A program made the position numbers and the translations under genes. From IMG/VR virus record IMGVR_UViG_3300006893_000009, positions 1 through 58,602 of that record: DNA of 58,602 nt; one strand, written 5' to 3'. This document shows, in pieces, positions 25,604 to 35,698 of this stretch. The notes beneath the pieces were generated by a model that was not told the origin of the DNA, did not search any database, and saw only the letters and a program-made list of their open reading frames with translations. The stretch is from a virus. Lineage: Duplodnaviria; Caudoviricetes. Within the stretch, counting starts at the first letter, position 1, and each line of letters begins with the position of its first letter.

Positions 25604-25846
25604 TTAGCTAATCTCGCCCATGAGCCAAAACATATCGCCTTGAGACTCATTAAACTGTTGGGTCGTCGTGGTACGGTTTTCACACGACAAGGCCATGCAA
25701 ATCTTTTGGCCGCCCACAATCCTTGTTGCAAATCGGCCGCACCTACAGATAAACTTTTGATTGACCGTGCCAATTCCATGACACGTCTCGCAGGGCCGAT
25801 TGCTTACAAACTTCATCCCAAGACAATTTGGGCATCGGACAATCAT
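25604..25846 (-). CDS. DnaJ-type Zn-finger-like small protein
   Basis: CPNCLG..CETCHGIG..CRCG. Confidence 0.6.
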   Translation of the reverse strand: MIVRCPNCLGMKFVSNRPCETCHGIGTVNQKFICRCGRFATRIVGGQKICMALSCENRTTTTQQFNESQGDMFWLMGEIS

Positions 25847-26151
25847 TGAGAAAGTGCCCACTTACGCAGAATTTTGTAATTAGTCCCATAAAAATGTTGG
25901 CAACCAATTTTAATTGACTTAGGGTATCTTGTTACTACTGCCCACTTTCTCCTGTGTCTCAGACCAGAACGATAAGGTATTGTTACATAATTGGTGTACA
26001 ATGGCGTTCGCATTGCAACTCCAATCCATTTGCGTGATGCAGAGTAAGGTGTTTCAGAGTAAAAAATATCGAAAGGATATACAGCCCGTATGTGGCGCGA
26101 ACCCAATTGAAAAACCTCTCCACTCCGCGAAGTAACTATTAATCTTTTCAT
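25843..26151 (-). CDS. Hypothetical basic protein
   Basis: ATGA overlaps on both sides; IKIGCQHF. Confidence 0.55.
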   Translation of the reverse strand: MKRLIVTSRSGEVFQLGSRHIRAVYPFDIFYSETPYSASRKWIGVAMRTPLYTNYVTIPYRSGLRHRRKWAVVTRYPKSIKIGCQHFYGTNYKILRKWALSQ

Positions 26152-27173
26152 GCGATGTGAAACCTCTCATTCTTCAGATTTGCACGCAACTGAATCGTTG
26201 TGTCAACCATATCGTAGCTCCAAAGGCCACCATCAGTCAACTTCCAGTTGCTTTCAATATCTTCAGGAGTTTTTAAGACGCTCTCAATTCCATGCATCCC
26301 AGTCTTGAATAATCTATCACCGGATGACTTTCCAATGAAAGAGAAGAAACTCTTGTTCGCCTTCAAGATTTTCCGTGCTGCGACCACATCCCCTTCGTTG
26401 ATGATTGCCTTAACCTCATCTCCGATTGGATTCCAGTAAATCTTTTCACCATATCTTACATCCATCAGCACCTTTCTTGCAAGCTCAAAGACCATTCGCA
26501 TCACAAATGGTGAGCAAATCCAGAAATTTGATAGCGTTCGATACTCAATTCCATACCGATTGAGTGCATACTTCGGACGGCGATGCTCGCCAGCCTTCCC
26601 ATAATACTGTCGTCGAACTGGACTATCGAAGGATGCTGCTGCTCCTACAGCCCATATCCCCAAAATGGCATCGAAAGTCTTAACCAAATCCTCATACCAC
26701 TTGTTGTCTCTCTTCTCACCAACCTCAAGATGAACATGCCCACCCGCAAATCTATACAACAATGCTCGCGGGTCACCAACATAGAGCCTTTCCTCACCAT
26801 AAGCATTATAGCTTGGCATACATCCAAGCTCTACATAGCCATCAAGCAAGGAATTCATCAACTTTGTAGGAATCTTCACGACGCTATCAAGACTCAACTT
26901 CGCGCTATTATCCCTTGCGCGTGCTTGCTTTAGCAGCTCTTTCAGAAAGTTTTGTTGCAACATAATCATAAAATTGAGACAAGTCCATCCCCGACTCAAC
27001 TTCCACTCAGCTTGAAATCCATCCCAATACAACTCTCCTGAATTAAGTTCAACATCGGGATGTCCCACCTTCAAACCCGCATCCTTTGACGGCAAAAAGT
27101 CAAACGCAGGTAACAATTTTGCCTTACTCTTTACGAAAATTTCAGGGTCACACCCCAACGACGGTTTTACCAT
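26148..27173 (-). CDS. phiEco32-like COOH-NH2 ligase type 2 (copy 2)
   Basis: LGCDPEIF, DGFQAE, LGCMPSYNAY, RFAGGHVH, RRQYYGKAGEHR, GIEYRTLSNFW; GGAGGT SD before ATG 27173. Confidence 0.9.
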   Translation of the reverse strand: MVKPSLGCDPEIFVKSKAKLLPAFDFLPSKDAGLKVGHPDVELNSGELYWDGFQAEWKLSRGWTCLNFMIMLQQNFLKELLKQARARDNSAKLSLDSVVKIPTKLMNSLLDGYVELGCMPSYNAYGEERLYVGDPRALLYRFAGGHVHLEVGEKRDNKWYEDLVKTFDAILGIWAVGAAASFDSPVRRQYYGKAGEHRRPKYALNRYGIEYRTLSNFWICSPFVMRMVFELARKVLMDVRYGEKIYWNPIGDEVKAIINEGDVVAARKILKANKSFFSFIGKSSGDRLFKTGMHGIESVLKTPEDIESNWKLTDGGLWSYDMVDTTIQLRANLKNERFHIA

Positions 27174-27327
27174 CTCCCACCTCCCGTTTAGCCATAGGAA
27201 CTCTTGAAAAAACCCTGACTGCACACTTCGCGTCAGAACAAGTCTCTTTACGAATCAAGCCATCAGTGTGTTTCATTGTCAAATACATAACACCTACTGG
27301 CCCTTTACACCTTGGACAAGTTGTCAT
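27148..27327 (-). CDS. Small Zn-binding protein (not in ORF track)
   Basis: MTTCPRCKGP..TCSDAKC. Confidence 0.45.
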   Translation of the reverse strand: MTTCPRCKGPVGVMYLTMKHTDGLIRKETCSDAKCAVRVFSRVPMAKREVGDGKTVVGV

Positions 27328-27396
27328 TGCTTATTAGCCTTTGCAGCTAGAGCCATCGCACGATAGCGCCAATAGACAGCAGCCGCATACCATGCT

Positions 27397-27776
27397 TCAG
27401 CATTTGCGGTTGTACATACCCAATATTCTCATTTTGTTAGCTACTATAACTTCTCCACCATATTGCTTGCCACGCGTATGTGCCTCTTGGTATTCAACTT
27501 TGAATATGGCCCCATTAACCCAAAGGCGGCGTGCATCTCGCCACTTTTCAAAGATATGAAACCCACTCTTGTATGACAAGAAAGGAAAATCACGGGATAT
27601 GCGAGTCTTTGATGCTTCATACCACAAATTTTGTTTGTAGGTTACATTCGGCAAGACATAATACGCTCTATATAAGGTTTTTGTACCATTGTACACATCA
27701 TAGCTAACTTTGAACACCTTATACCCAACTCCTGCTTTTTTCTAGGCGCGAAAAACTTCACACTATCAAGACACAT
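27397..27776 (-). CDS. Hypothetical protein (MCL..GYKVF..GFH pattern), split at an A-AAA-AAG run
   Basis: Frame 0 MCLDSVKFFAPRKK; the -1 frame continues AGVGYKVFKV..SGFHIF. Confidence 0.5.
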
Positions 27777-27812
27777 AGAAGTGATGGTCAGCGTTGCATT
27801 TGCCTTTAGCCA

Positions 27813-30800
27813 TTATCTCAAATGCTCCTTCGCAATCTTCATCGCATATGGCAACAACATATTATTGCAGCCATACTTATGCATCTCTCCAGATGTCCAA
27901 TCAACCAACCCCAAGATGCCACGAGCGTTCACTTTATTCCCTTCACCACGAAACATGCACAACTTTGCCATGCGCCTTCCAACAACTCTTGCACGCGCAA
28001 AGATTGCATTCACTTCGCGCCTTGCAAGTTCATGCCGAAACTGTTCAACTGTTAAGCGCGATTTGAGGATTGAGCCGAGCATTTAGCAATCTCCTTTTCA
28101 AACGCTTGCAACAAAGTCGTGATAACCTGTTCAATCTTAAGCTGAATCAGCACTGGCGGCGAGACTAAGCCTTCAGCTTCCGCAATATCATGAAGAATCG
28201 CCCGTGTTGCCATTTCAGCGATTTCAATAACCCTGTGCGAGCTTGGCTTAATCATAAAAGTTAGAGTTCCTCTCCCTTTGTGATGTAAACCTTTGTTGCT
28301 GCTGCTTGCTGTTGTGCGCGCGCACCCTTTGCAGCCTGCCGCTCGTTGTATCGCTTCTGTGAGTCAAAGTGTGGCTGGCTCGTCTCGTGTCTGCGCGAGA
28401 ACCACTTAGCCTTGCGTGCTTCTGCCGCTGATGCAAATCTCGCTTCGCTCATAGAAACTAGCTCCTCACTCGTTTGTCTGAACATTGTACATCACAGCAA
28501 ACTGCGTTCGCAATGACGACCTGAATTGTCATTCGCTCATCCCCACCCAAATCACGAAGCTATTTCCCCACCTCAAAAGGGTCGAGAGCACTTTGAAGCT
28601 CACGCTCCCAACAATATAAGCCATCACCAAAAACCACGTCATCACGATGATAAAGAATGCCGACAGAAAGATTGTGACGAAAACGCTTGCAATGTCACTC
28701 AACATGAGTAAACCCGCACCTCCGACAAGTTTGTGTTTCAAACAACCAAAACCGTCCCCAAGGATTCTGATAAGTTGCCCTATCCTTGATGAAACTATGT
28801 GGGATAAAGTAGGCGCAAAAGTGCGTTCTATACCATACCCAAAATTTGATTTTCAGTTGCCGCATTACTTCACACCAACCTTTATGGAATCAAGCCATTT
28901 CTTGTCACTCACCGTCAATCGCAACTCATCGGGATTCTCTGGATTAGCAATAATCCCTCTCTTGTGGTCATCCATGTGCATCTTCAGCAGCAAAGCTCCT
29001 GCTGATTCCCGATATGTCCGAAACACACGGTGACAAAGTTCGCACTCAGTGAGATACTGAGGATTTCCAAAAGCATCATGAGCTGGAACTTTGTCATCGT
29101 CCATGTTTCTTCCTTAGACGGCTTGGGGAATTAAACCGTCTGAAAAGGAGGTGGGTAATCTGTGCAACTGTGGAAATTGTCGGCGGCTGGAAAGTTAGGA
29201 AATAAACAGAACGCCATTGTGAACGCTCTACTAGATTCTCTGCCTCATCCATGATGGCTGGTTGAATCATCTCCGCACTTGACCATTGTTGGATATGCTT
29301 GACGCCCGTTGTGCCTTTCAATTCCTTAATTCTGGCTTGTCTTGCCTCGACTTCGAGAAATCTTTCTACTGTTTGCATCCCTGTCCTCCTTTATGAACGA
29401 GATTTGAAAACCAATCAACGCTCCGAAGAATACACAAGCTATATATTGATGTACAATCAACGAAGATACTGCCAGGTATCCAAATATCGCAGCCGCAAGG
29501 TAGTGTCTCAAGATGCCTTCTCCAAAGCTTCAACCGCTGCCGTCAACTTCAACTTAGTGACTTCCTTGCACCAACAAGGTTTCGTATGCTTGTACGGCTG
29601 CAAACAGCTTCCCTTCGATTGCTTGTCTGACATGCGCATCCGAGTAGCGAACAGCCTACCCTTCAACTTTCTGCGCATATCCTCCAAATTTCTTGTTAGC
29701 TTCAACGATTCAAACCCTGTAATGTCACCATTCGCAATGGCAATGCTGATTTGCGAATCAATCCTATCAAGTTCCTCATTGTCAGCCCCAAACTGTGCTC
29801 TGCCGTACACCGTTACACCTTGTCCAGTGCATCAGTAATTTCCGGCTGACCATACAAATGAGTCAGACTGGCAATGATGTTTTTCACGCTGAGATGCGAA
29901 AGAGCTTCTTGCGTGAATGTTAGCGACCCAATCGGCCATGAATAAACCACTTGATTTTTCATTGGACCCTCTCTGCCCAATGCACCATAATGAATCTTCG
30001 AGTGCTTACGCTCACCTGTTTAAGCTCTCTCCAGAGTGACTTAATAACTCTCTGTAGCCATGTCGTCTTTTTATCTTTTCCCATCACACAGTTATAGGCA
30101 TCAACCTGAGACATACCATTAGCCATGTGATACCTAATAGCTTCTTCAATCTTTGAACTACGTGAACGATGATTAGGAATCATGCTGGTTGCTCCCCTTC
30201 AAACGATTCACCGGATGCTCGCCGGAAAAACTCATCCAGCTCTTCGGAAGTCTTGCGCTTGTCACAAATCTCAGAATATGTGTTGTATTTCGCAATCTCT
30301 TGCGCCATCACAGCAGCGGGTTTAGCAAGACCTGTCGGCACAATAGCCTCTTGCTTCGGCTCTCTTGCCATCAAATCACGCTTCCATTGTCGAAAGCGTT
30401 CATCACGCAATTCCCTTGCTTCGCCAATCGGTCTGTCGCTCATTCTGCACTCTCCCACTTAACTAGAGTCTTAACAGCGTGCTTATAACACACTTTCGCA
30501 ATCCTCTCGCTAACCCAAAGCAACTGTTTCCAAGGAAACGCAAAACTCACGTTATACCCTTGACGCCGAATTGGGGTTCCTGGCGCTGTCATGAGATAAT
30601 CCTCAGCGTATTCAGCCAAACAGTCAATTCCTGTATGACAATCAACATTCCCCATACAATGCAATAAACTGTGGCGAGTCTTGAGAAGAATCTTCCCATT
30701 GCGTCAACGACCCTTTGCAGGTGGGATATTCAGCCTGCATAAACTGGTGTGAAACTCACCCTTCTGACTGGGATGCTTGCAAACTGTGCAAACAACGTGA

Positions 30801-31270
30801 AAATCAGACTTGATGGCTGCTTTCATCGGCTGCTCCCTTTGGCGCTTCGGCTTTCACAAAAAAATTCGACCTCAGCTTTAGCCTTTGAGTAACCTTGCGC
30901 CTAGCTTGTTTACACCTGTTACAGACTTTCCGATAGGTATCGAGTTTAGCATCTACCGTAATCACTATATGGCAATGGTCACCCTTGCATTGTGGGCAAT
31001 AGTGCCAGCATTGCATGTCGCTTATGGTAGATGCAAAGCTCATGCCTTGGCTGCCTCTACTTGCAAGCGCTTAAGCTTAGCCCGCAAGTCACGCCTATGA
31101 ATTCGGCGCGCCTGACGCTCAAAATCCGCCACAGACTGTCTCAACGGCCTTCCACACTGTCGCACATAGGTAATGCCATTGACTTCCACAGGCACACCTC
31201 CTAGTTAAAACACAACATGCAAAGCACAAAGAGCATGAAATAGCCGAAATCAATACACTTTGCTCGCATT
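27813..31270 (-). other. Block of about 15 small, tightly packed early genes of unknown function
   Basis: Overlapping 45-100 aa ORFs with SDs, e.g. 27813-28082, 28052-28255, 28261-28485, 28865-29104, 29094-29378, 29508-29810, 29959-30183, 30180-30458, 30804-31043; several carry Cys/His motifs. Confidence 0.6.
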
Positions 31271-31365
31271 GAAAGCTCCTAAGCCAAACCCTTACAGACG
31301 TTCTGATGCGGTTTGCTCATGTGATAGCGCGCTAACTGGCTGTAGTGCTCATTAGCGGCATATAT

Positions 31366-31424
31366 TACCCTCATCAGTGCCAGTATTACTGGCATACGGG
31401 GGAAGTAATCCCCCGTTTCGGGTA
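31366..31424 (-). ncRNA. Type II hammerhead ribozyme
   Basis: UACCC-GAAA-CGGGGGA-UUACU-UCCCCCG-UA-UGCCAGU-AAU-ACUGGCA-CUGAUGA-GGGUA: all core nucleotides and three perfect stems; predicted cut between 31395 and 31394. Confidence 0.9.
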
Positions 31425-31437
31425 TCCCCCGTTTCGG

Positions 31438-31692
31438 TTAGACCGCCTTGGCTGGCTTTTCTGCAAGCTCGCCAGCGTGTTGTTCGATAAACGCGCTTAT
31501 GTCGCTAGTGAAAGCAAGCAACGCTGTCCATTGCGAGCGGTACAGGGTAAGCGGGAATCGGCCCATGCCATATACGCTCACGCCGCCCTTCTCGGAAATC
31601 TTCAGCGACAGCTTACCCGTACCCCTTGACTTCAACTGACCCTCAAGCTGGGCGATACGGTCTTTCAACTGCTCGTTAGTTAGGTTGTCCAT
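31438..31692 (-). CDS. Conserved-looking hypothetical protein, first gene of the early arm
   Basis: Coiled coil followed by LSLKISEKGGVSVYGMGRFPLTLY..QW; AAGGTG SD. Confidence 0.75.
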   Translation of the reverse strand: MDNLTNEQLKDRIAQLEGQLKSRGTGKLSLKISEKGGVSVYGMGRFPLTLYRSQWTALLAFTSDISAFIEQHAGELAEKPAKAV

Positions 31693-32254
31693 TGTTCACC
31701 TTTACCGAATCGGGTAAGCCAGTCGTTAAGTGGTGATTAGTGGCTGGTCACTTGCCGATTGCGGTCGCTTCTCACAAAAAAATTTCCGATAAAGCTATCC
31801 CATATCCTGCCTATAGAAAAGGCTATGGGCCGCGCGCGTGTGCGTGCGTCAAATGGTTCACCCAAGACAGATTTCTGAAATCAGAAAATGTTCATAAACC
31901 CTTTAGAATGAGTAAATATGGCTTCTTTTGCCTATATTGATAAGAAAGGGGTTAATGAGCCTTTGTGGGTTGAGGGCAAAGGACTTATGAATGGGTCCTA
32001 TCTACTTTATTATGAATAAGTTAATTAGGGGAGAAATCTACTTGTTGAGAACAAATGACTTAAGCCCTTGTGTGAACATCGCGCTGGGACCCATACGGTA
32101 ACCTATAAACTATTTTCAACTATTTTCACTTTGCTCTGCATAAAATTCCGGCTGTACCGTATAAGAAGTATCACCTGCGCTTGGTGCTACGGTGATACGA
32201 ACTACTCCGTAGTTCGCCGCACGCGGCTTCTCAAAGCGTAGTGTATATAAGACT
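31693..32254. other. Divergent intergenic region; likely physical terminus, packaging site or origin
   Basis: Strand switch; AT-rich; repeated TAAnnCnTTT..TCAA-like words; promoter P3. Confidence 0.55.
32137..32169 (+). promoter_or_regulatory. Phage promoter P3 (late/structural arm)
   Basis: TGCATAA-N13-CCGTATAAGAAGT upstream of terS, followed by leader hairpins GTATCACC/GGTGATAC and CGAACTAC/GTAGTTCG. Confidence 0.75.
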
Positions 32255-32689
32255 ATGGCCCGACCAGAGAAAACTGAAGACTGGCATATTAGCGCAGTAG
32301 AGTTAATGGCTCGGACCGGGTGCTCTCTTAAGCAGGCTGCAACCGAACTGGCTATACCCGTTTCTATAGAGGAATGCAATCTTATTCTTCGTAGGTCGGG
32401 TTTTTCGCGTTTGCTCTGGGAGGCTCGACACAGGTATTTTGCTAATCTGGCGTCTGACCCAAACTTCAAAAAAGACACTATGGTGGGCAAATTGATTACT
32501 TTGGCCCAAAAGCTTGAGGAGGAAGGTAAGCATGATGCAGCGAGCGAGGTCTGGTTCAAGCTTGGGAAGACTATGGGGTGGGTCGGACCTGAATCTACAG
32601 TTAGCGTCTTCGGTGAATTGTCTCAAAGAGATATGGATGCTATTAGGGAGAAGGTTAAGAAGGAAGGCATAAAGCCGAGGGTGCAGTAG
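32255..32689 (+). CDS. Putative terminase small subunit
   Basis: N-terminal HTH-like helices; directly upstream of TerL. Confidence 0.6.
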   Translation: MARPEKTEDWHISAVELMARTGCSLKQAATELAIPVSIEECNLILRRSGFSRLLWEARHRYFANLASDPNFKKDTMVGKLITLAQKLEEEGKHDAASEVWFKLGKTMGWVGPESTVSVFGELSQRDMDAIREKVKKEGIKPRVQ

Positions 32690-34233
32690 TGAAGGCGCAA
32701 GATGAGAGGTTGTCTAAGGCTTTCTTAGAGTTACAGCGACTTCCAGAGGAACAACGGCTCCTAGCCATTGACCTTCTTGAAAAGAATCGCCGTAAGAATA
32801 GTTATATCAAGTACTTTGAGCCTTGGTCTGAGCAAAAGATTGCTCTGGAGAAGTTCACAGACAAGATTAAGGTGTTTGGATTGTTGGGCGGAAACCGCTC
32901 TGGTAAGACAATCCTTGGTGCGTTTATCGCTGTCGCGTGGGCGCTTGGAAAAGAATACTTTAGGGATGAGCCAGTGTGGGAGTTCATTAAGGACCTCCCC
33001 ATCCCAGAGCCTCCGAACAATATATGGCTAGTGGGACTGGACTTCGGAGTTCTGCGCGATGTAATCTGGTATGAAAAGCTGCGGCATGGGAAGAACCATC
33101 CGCCATTTCTTCCGAATGATTCGAGTGTAATTCGGAAGGTTTCGGATTCAGACTTCCAAGTCTTCTTCGAGAACGGTTCATTGATGACTGGGAAATCGGC
33201 TGATGCTGGGCGGGAGAAGTTTCAAGGCGCTTCCGTTGACCTAGTTTGGATTGATGAAGAGTGTGATGAAGGGGTTTATGATGAATGCTACCAGCGGACC
33301 GTTGACTGTAGTGGCAAAATCCTACTCACTCTTACTCCTCTCACAGATATTAATAGTGGCGTCCGTACTCCTTGGGTGTATGACCTCTATGAGGAATTCC
33401 GCGTTGGTGGTAGCGATGCTCAGTTTTGTCAGCTTTCAACAATCAATAGCCCTTTTGTCCCCCAAACTGAGAAAGATAAGCTACTTGAGCGATGGAAAGG
33501 GGACCCTGAAGAGGGAGCAAGATTGTATGGGGAGTTCGTCCGCAGAAGTGGATTAATTTACATTGACTGGGACCCAAAGGTCCATGTTATCCCAGCGAGA
33601 CATATCCCACAGCATTGGCAAAGGATTGTGTCGATTGACCCGGCCGCTACAGGAACAAACGCTGCTGTTTGGATTGCGATTGATGATGATTCCAATATGT
33701 ATCTGTATCGAGAGTATTATGAAAAGAATCACATCGTCAGTGAGCACGCAAAGGGAATTAAACTTAAGAATGCTGGTGACCCCGTAGACATCTGGCTCCT
33801 CGACCCAACTTGGGGGAACCAACGGAATGCTGAAACTCATAAGACTGGTGCACAACTTTGGCGTGAAGCTGGTATCCCAGTCAGACTTCCAGATGTCGGT
33901 GAAGATTTTGGACTAGCAGTCTCAAGAGAATATGTGAGGGCGACTACTCAACCTGCCCCGCGACATCCTAAGTTCTATGTTTTTGAAGGGTGCCCTAATT
34001 TCATTTATGAGATTGGGCATTACACTTGGGATACATTTGCGAAGGGTGTTAATAAGGGACTGTCAAAAGAGAAGCCCCGGAAGCTTAATGACCATGCCAT
34101 CAACGCTTGGCAATATGCTTGCACTCTCAGACTAAAAGGCAAGCGGAACGTGCAGAAGCGTCGAATGATAACTGAGTGGGATGAGTTGATGGACAGTGTG
34201 AAAATAAGTGGAAATAACAAATCGTACACGTAG
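32689..34233 (+). CDS. terL: Terminase large subunit
   Basis: Walker A GGNRSGKT, FQG..VWIDEE, TLTP, SIDPA, NDHAINA. Confidence 0.93.
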   Translation: MKAQDERLSKAFLELQRLPEEQRLLAIDLLEKNRRKNSYIKYFEPWSEQKIALEKFTDKIKVFGLLGGNRSGKTILGAFIAVAWALGKEYFRDEPVWEFIKDLPIPEPPNNIWLVGLDFGVLRDVIWYEKLRHGKNHPPFLPNDSSVIRKVSDSDFQVFFENGSLMTGKSADAGREKFQGASVDLVWIDEECDEGVYDECYQRTVDCSGKILLTLTPLTDINSGVRTPWVYDLYEEFRVGGSDAQFCQLSTINSPFVPQTEKDKLLERWKGDPEEGARLYGEFVRRSGLIYIDWDPKVHVIPARHIPQHWQRIVSIDPAATGTNAAVWIAIDDDSNMYLYREYYEKNHIVSEHAKGIKLKNAGDPVDIWLLDPTWGNQRNAETHKTGAQLWREAGIPVRLPDVGEDFGLAVSREYVRATTQPAPRHPKFYVFEGCPNFIYEIGHYTWDTFAKGVNKGLSKEKPRKLNDHAINAWQYACTLRLKGKRNVQKRRMITEWDELMDSVKISGNNKSYT

Positions 34234-34278
34234 CAGAGAATAAAATGATTCAGAATTTTGTCTTCGAGATTGGTCATC

Positions 34279-34532
34279 CCAAGAAAAAGGAGAAGAAAAT
34301 GATTGCAGGATTCTTGAAGGTAGTTCCAGAGTTTGTAATTCAGGGTGGTGTTGGCTACGTTGCTGGCGCATTTACACCCGCAATTGGTAGAAAAATCAAG
34401 GCATTGTTCGTGAAGGATGCGGATGCGCTTAAGGTTGATGTTGCTAAGGCCGACGCGAAGTTGAAAGTTGCGCAAGCGAAGCTAGATGCGAAAGTGGCTG
34501 CTGCTGCTTCTGCCGTCGAGAAGAAGGTCTAA
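34279..34532 (+). CDS. Small membrane-anchored coiled-coil protein
   Basis: AAGGAG SD; hydrophobic N-terminus and Ala/Lys-rich tail. Confidence 0.55.
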
Positions 34533-35044
34533 TGAAACTACTCAAATATCTCTCTCTAGCGACAGTCTTTTTGCTTGCATCTTTGTTTACTCCGATTGCT
34601 CCGGCAACGGTTAAAGCACCGAATAGCAAGCTCGTTATCTATGTAGGTTCGTTGTGTCAGGACCAAGATGATGTTTGTCGTGCGGTGACTGCTAAGGTAG
34701 TGGAGTTGTGCAAGACTAGTGAGCTTCCAGTTGTTGATAAAGCGGCTGGTACTAAAGACCCCAGTGGCCCGGAGATTGATATTCAGAGTATTCCGGTAGA
34801 TGCACAGAAGAGTGCAATCTCTTTCATTGCCATCTATCATGTACAAGGCGTTCCCTATCAAGCTTGGCTTGACTTTAGAGTCTCAAAGGCTCCCATTGCT
34901 AATGATGAGAAGTCAGTTGCCAATGCCGCAGGGGGAATGGTTGAACTCTCGATGCAGGCTTTTAAAGACTTCCTTAAATGGGAAGCACAGACTTCACAGG
35001 CTCCTGTTGAATCTCCAGCACCAAAAGACTTGGACAAGACCTAA
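34532..35044 (+). CDS. Secreted/periplasmic hypothetical protein
   Basis: Signal peptide MKLLKYLSLATVFLLASLF..APA. Confidence 0.65.
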   Translation: MKLLKYLSLATVFLLASLFTPIAPATVKAPNSKLVIYVGSLCQDQDDVCRAVTAKVVELCKTSELPVVDKAAGTKDPSGPEIDIQSIPVDAQKSAISFIAIYHVQGVPYQAWLDFRVSKAPIANDEKSVANAAGGMVELSMQAFKDFLKWEAQTSQAPVESPAPKDLDKT

Positions 35045-35068
35045 TCCACTTTCAAAGGGTCCTCAACT

Positions 35069-35692
35069 ATGCAAGGTAAACAGCAGATAGTGGCATATTT
35101 CGTTCGCCACGGACAATGTGAAGCTAATGCCGAGGGGAGATTCCGTGGAACTAAGACGGACTATCCTCTTTCAGCACAAGGCCATCATGAAGCTCAGGAA
35201 CTCGCCGATTACTTCTCTCATATTAAACTTGGTGATGCTTGGACTTCTTCAAAGCAGCGTGCTGAGCAGACGGCTGAAACTGTTCTGGAGCCGCTTGGTA
35301 AAGTAGCGAGTCCCACAGAAGGGCTACATCCTTTAGATGTTGGTTATCTTTCAGGGGAAAAGAAGGCCAACCATACAGATGATATTAAGTATTTCCAAGA
35401 ACATCCTCAAACTGAAATCCCCGGTGGCCAAAGTATTCAAGAGTTTCGTAACAAAGTCAAACCCCATATCCTTCTTCCGATTCGACGGGGCATCGAGAAC
35501 GGGGTTCCGAGTATCACTTTTTCACACTCCAGCATCATCCATGAGGTAGGAAACCTCATTCATGGTGACCACGGTGCAGCTCTGGTGAAACCGGGCGGTG
35601 TAGCAGCAGTAACTTATGATGGTAAGTACTTTAGGGCACATGCGGTCTTCAAGCCTGCCCCAAAGAGAGACAAACAAAGTATAATGACTTAG
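35069..35692 (+). CDS. Histidine phosphatase (phosphoglycerate mutase family)
   Basis: YFVRHG, LSAQG, SSKQRAEQTA, PGGQS, FSH. Confidence 0.9.
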   Translation: MQGKQQIVAYFVRHGQCEANAEGRFRGTKTDYPLSAQGHHEAQELADYFSHIKLGDAWTSSKQRAEQTAETVLEPLGKVASPTEGLHPLDVGYLSGEKKANHTDDIKYFQEHPQTEIPGGQSIQEFRNKVKPHILLPIRRGIENGVPSITFSHSSIIHEVGNLIHGDHGAALVKPGGVAAVTYDGKYFRAHAVFKPAPKRDKQSIMT

Positions 35693-35698
35693 GAGGCA

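Noticed and set aside
31438-32070. Host assignment from the 84-aa gene and the IHF-like words
   Set aside because: Only a vague recollection of similar sequences; cannot be supported without a database search. The lysis genes merely suggest a diderm host
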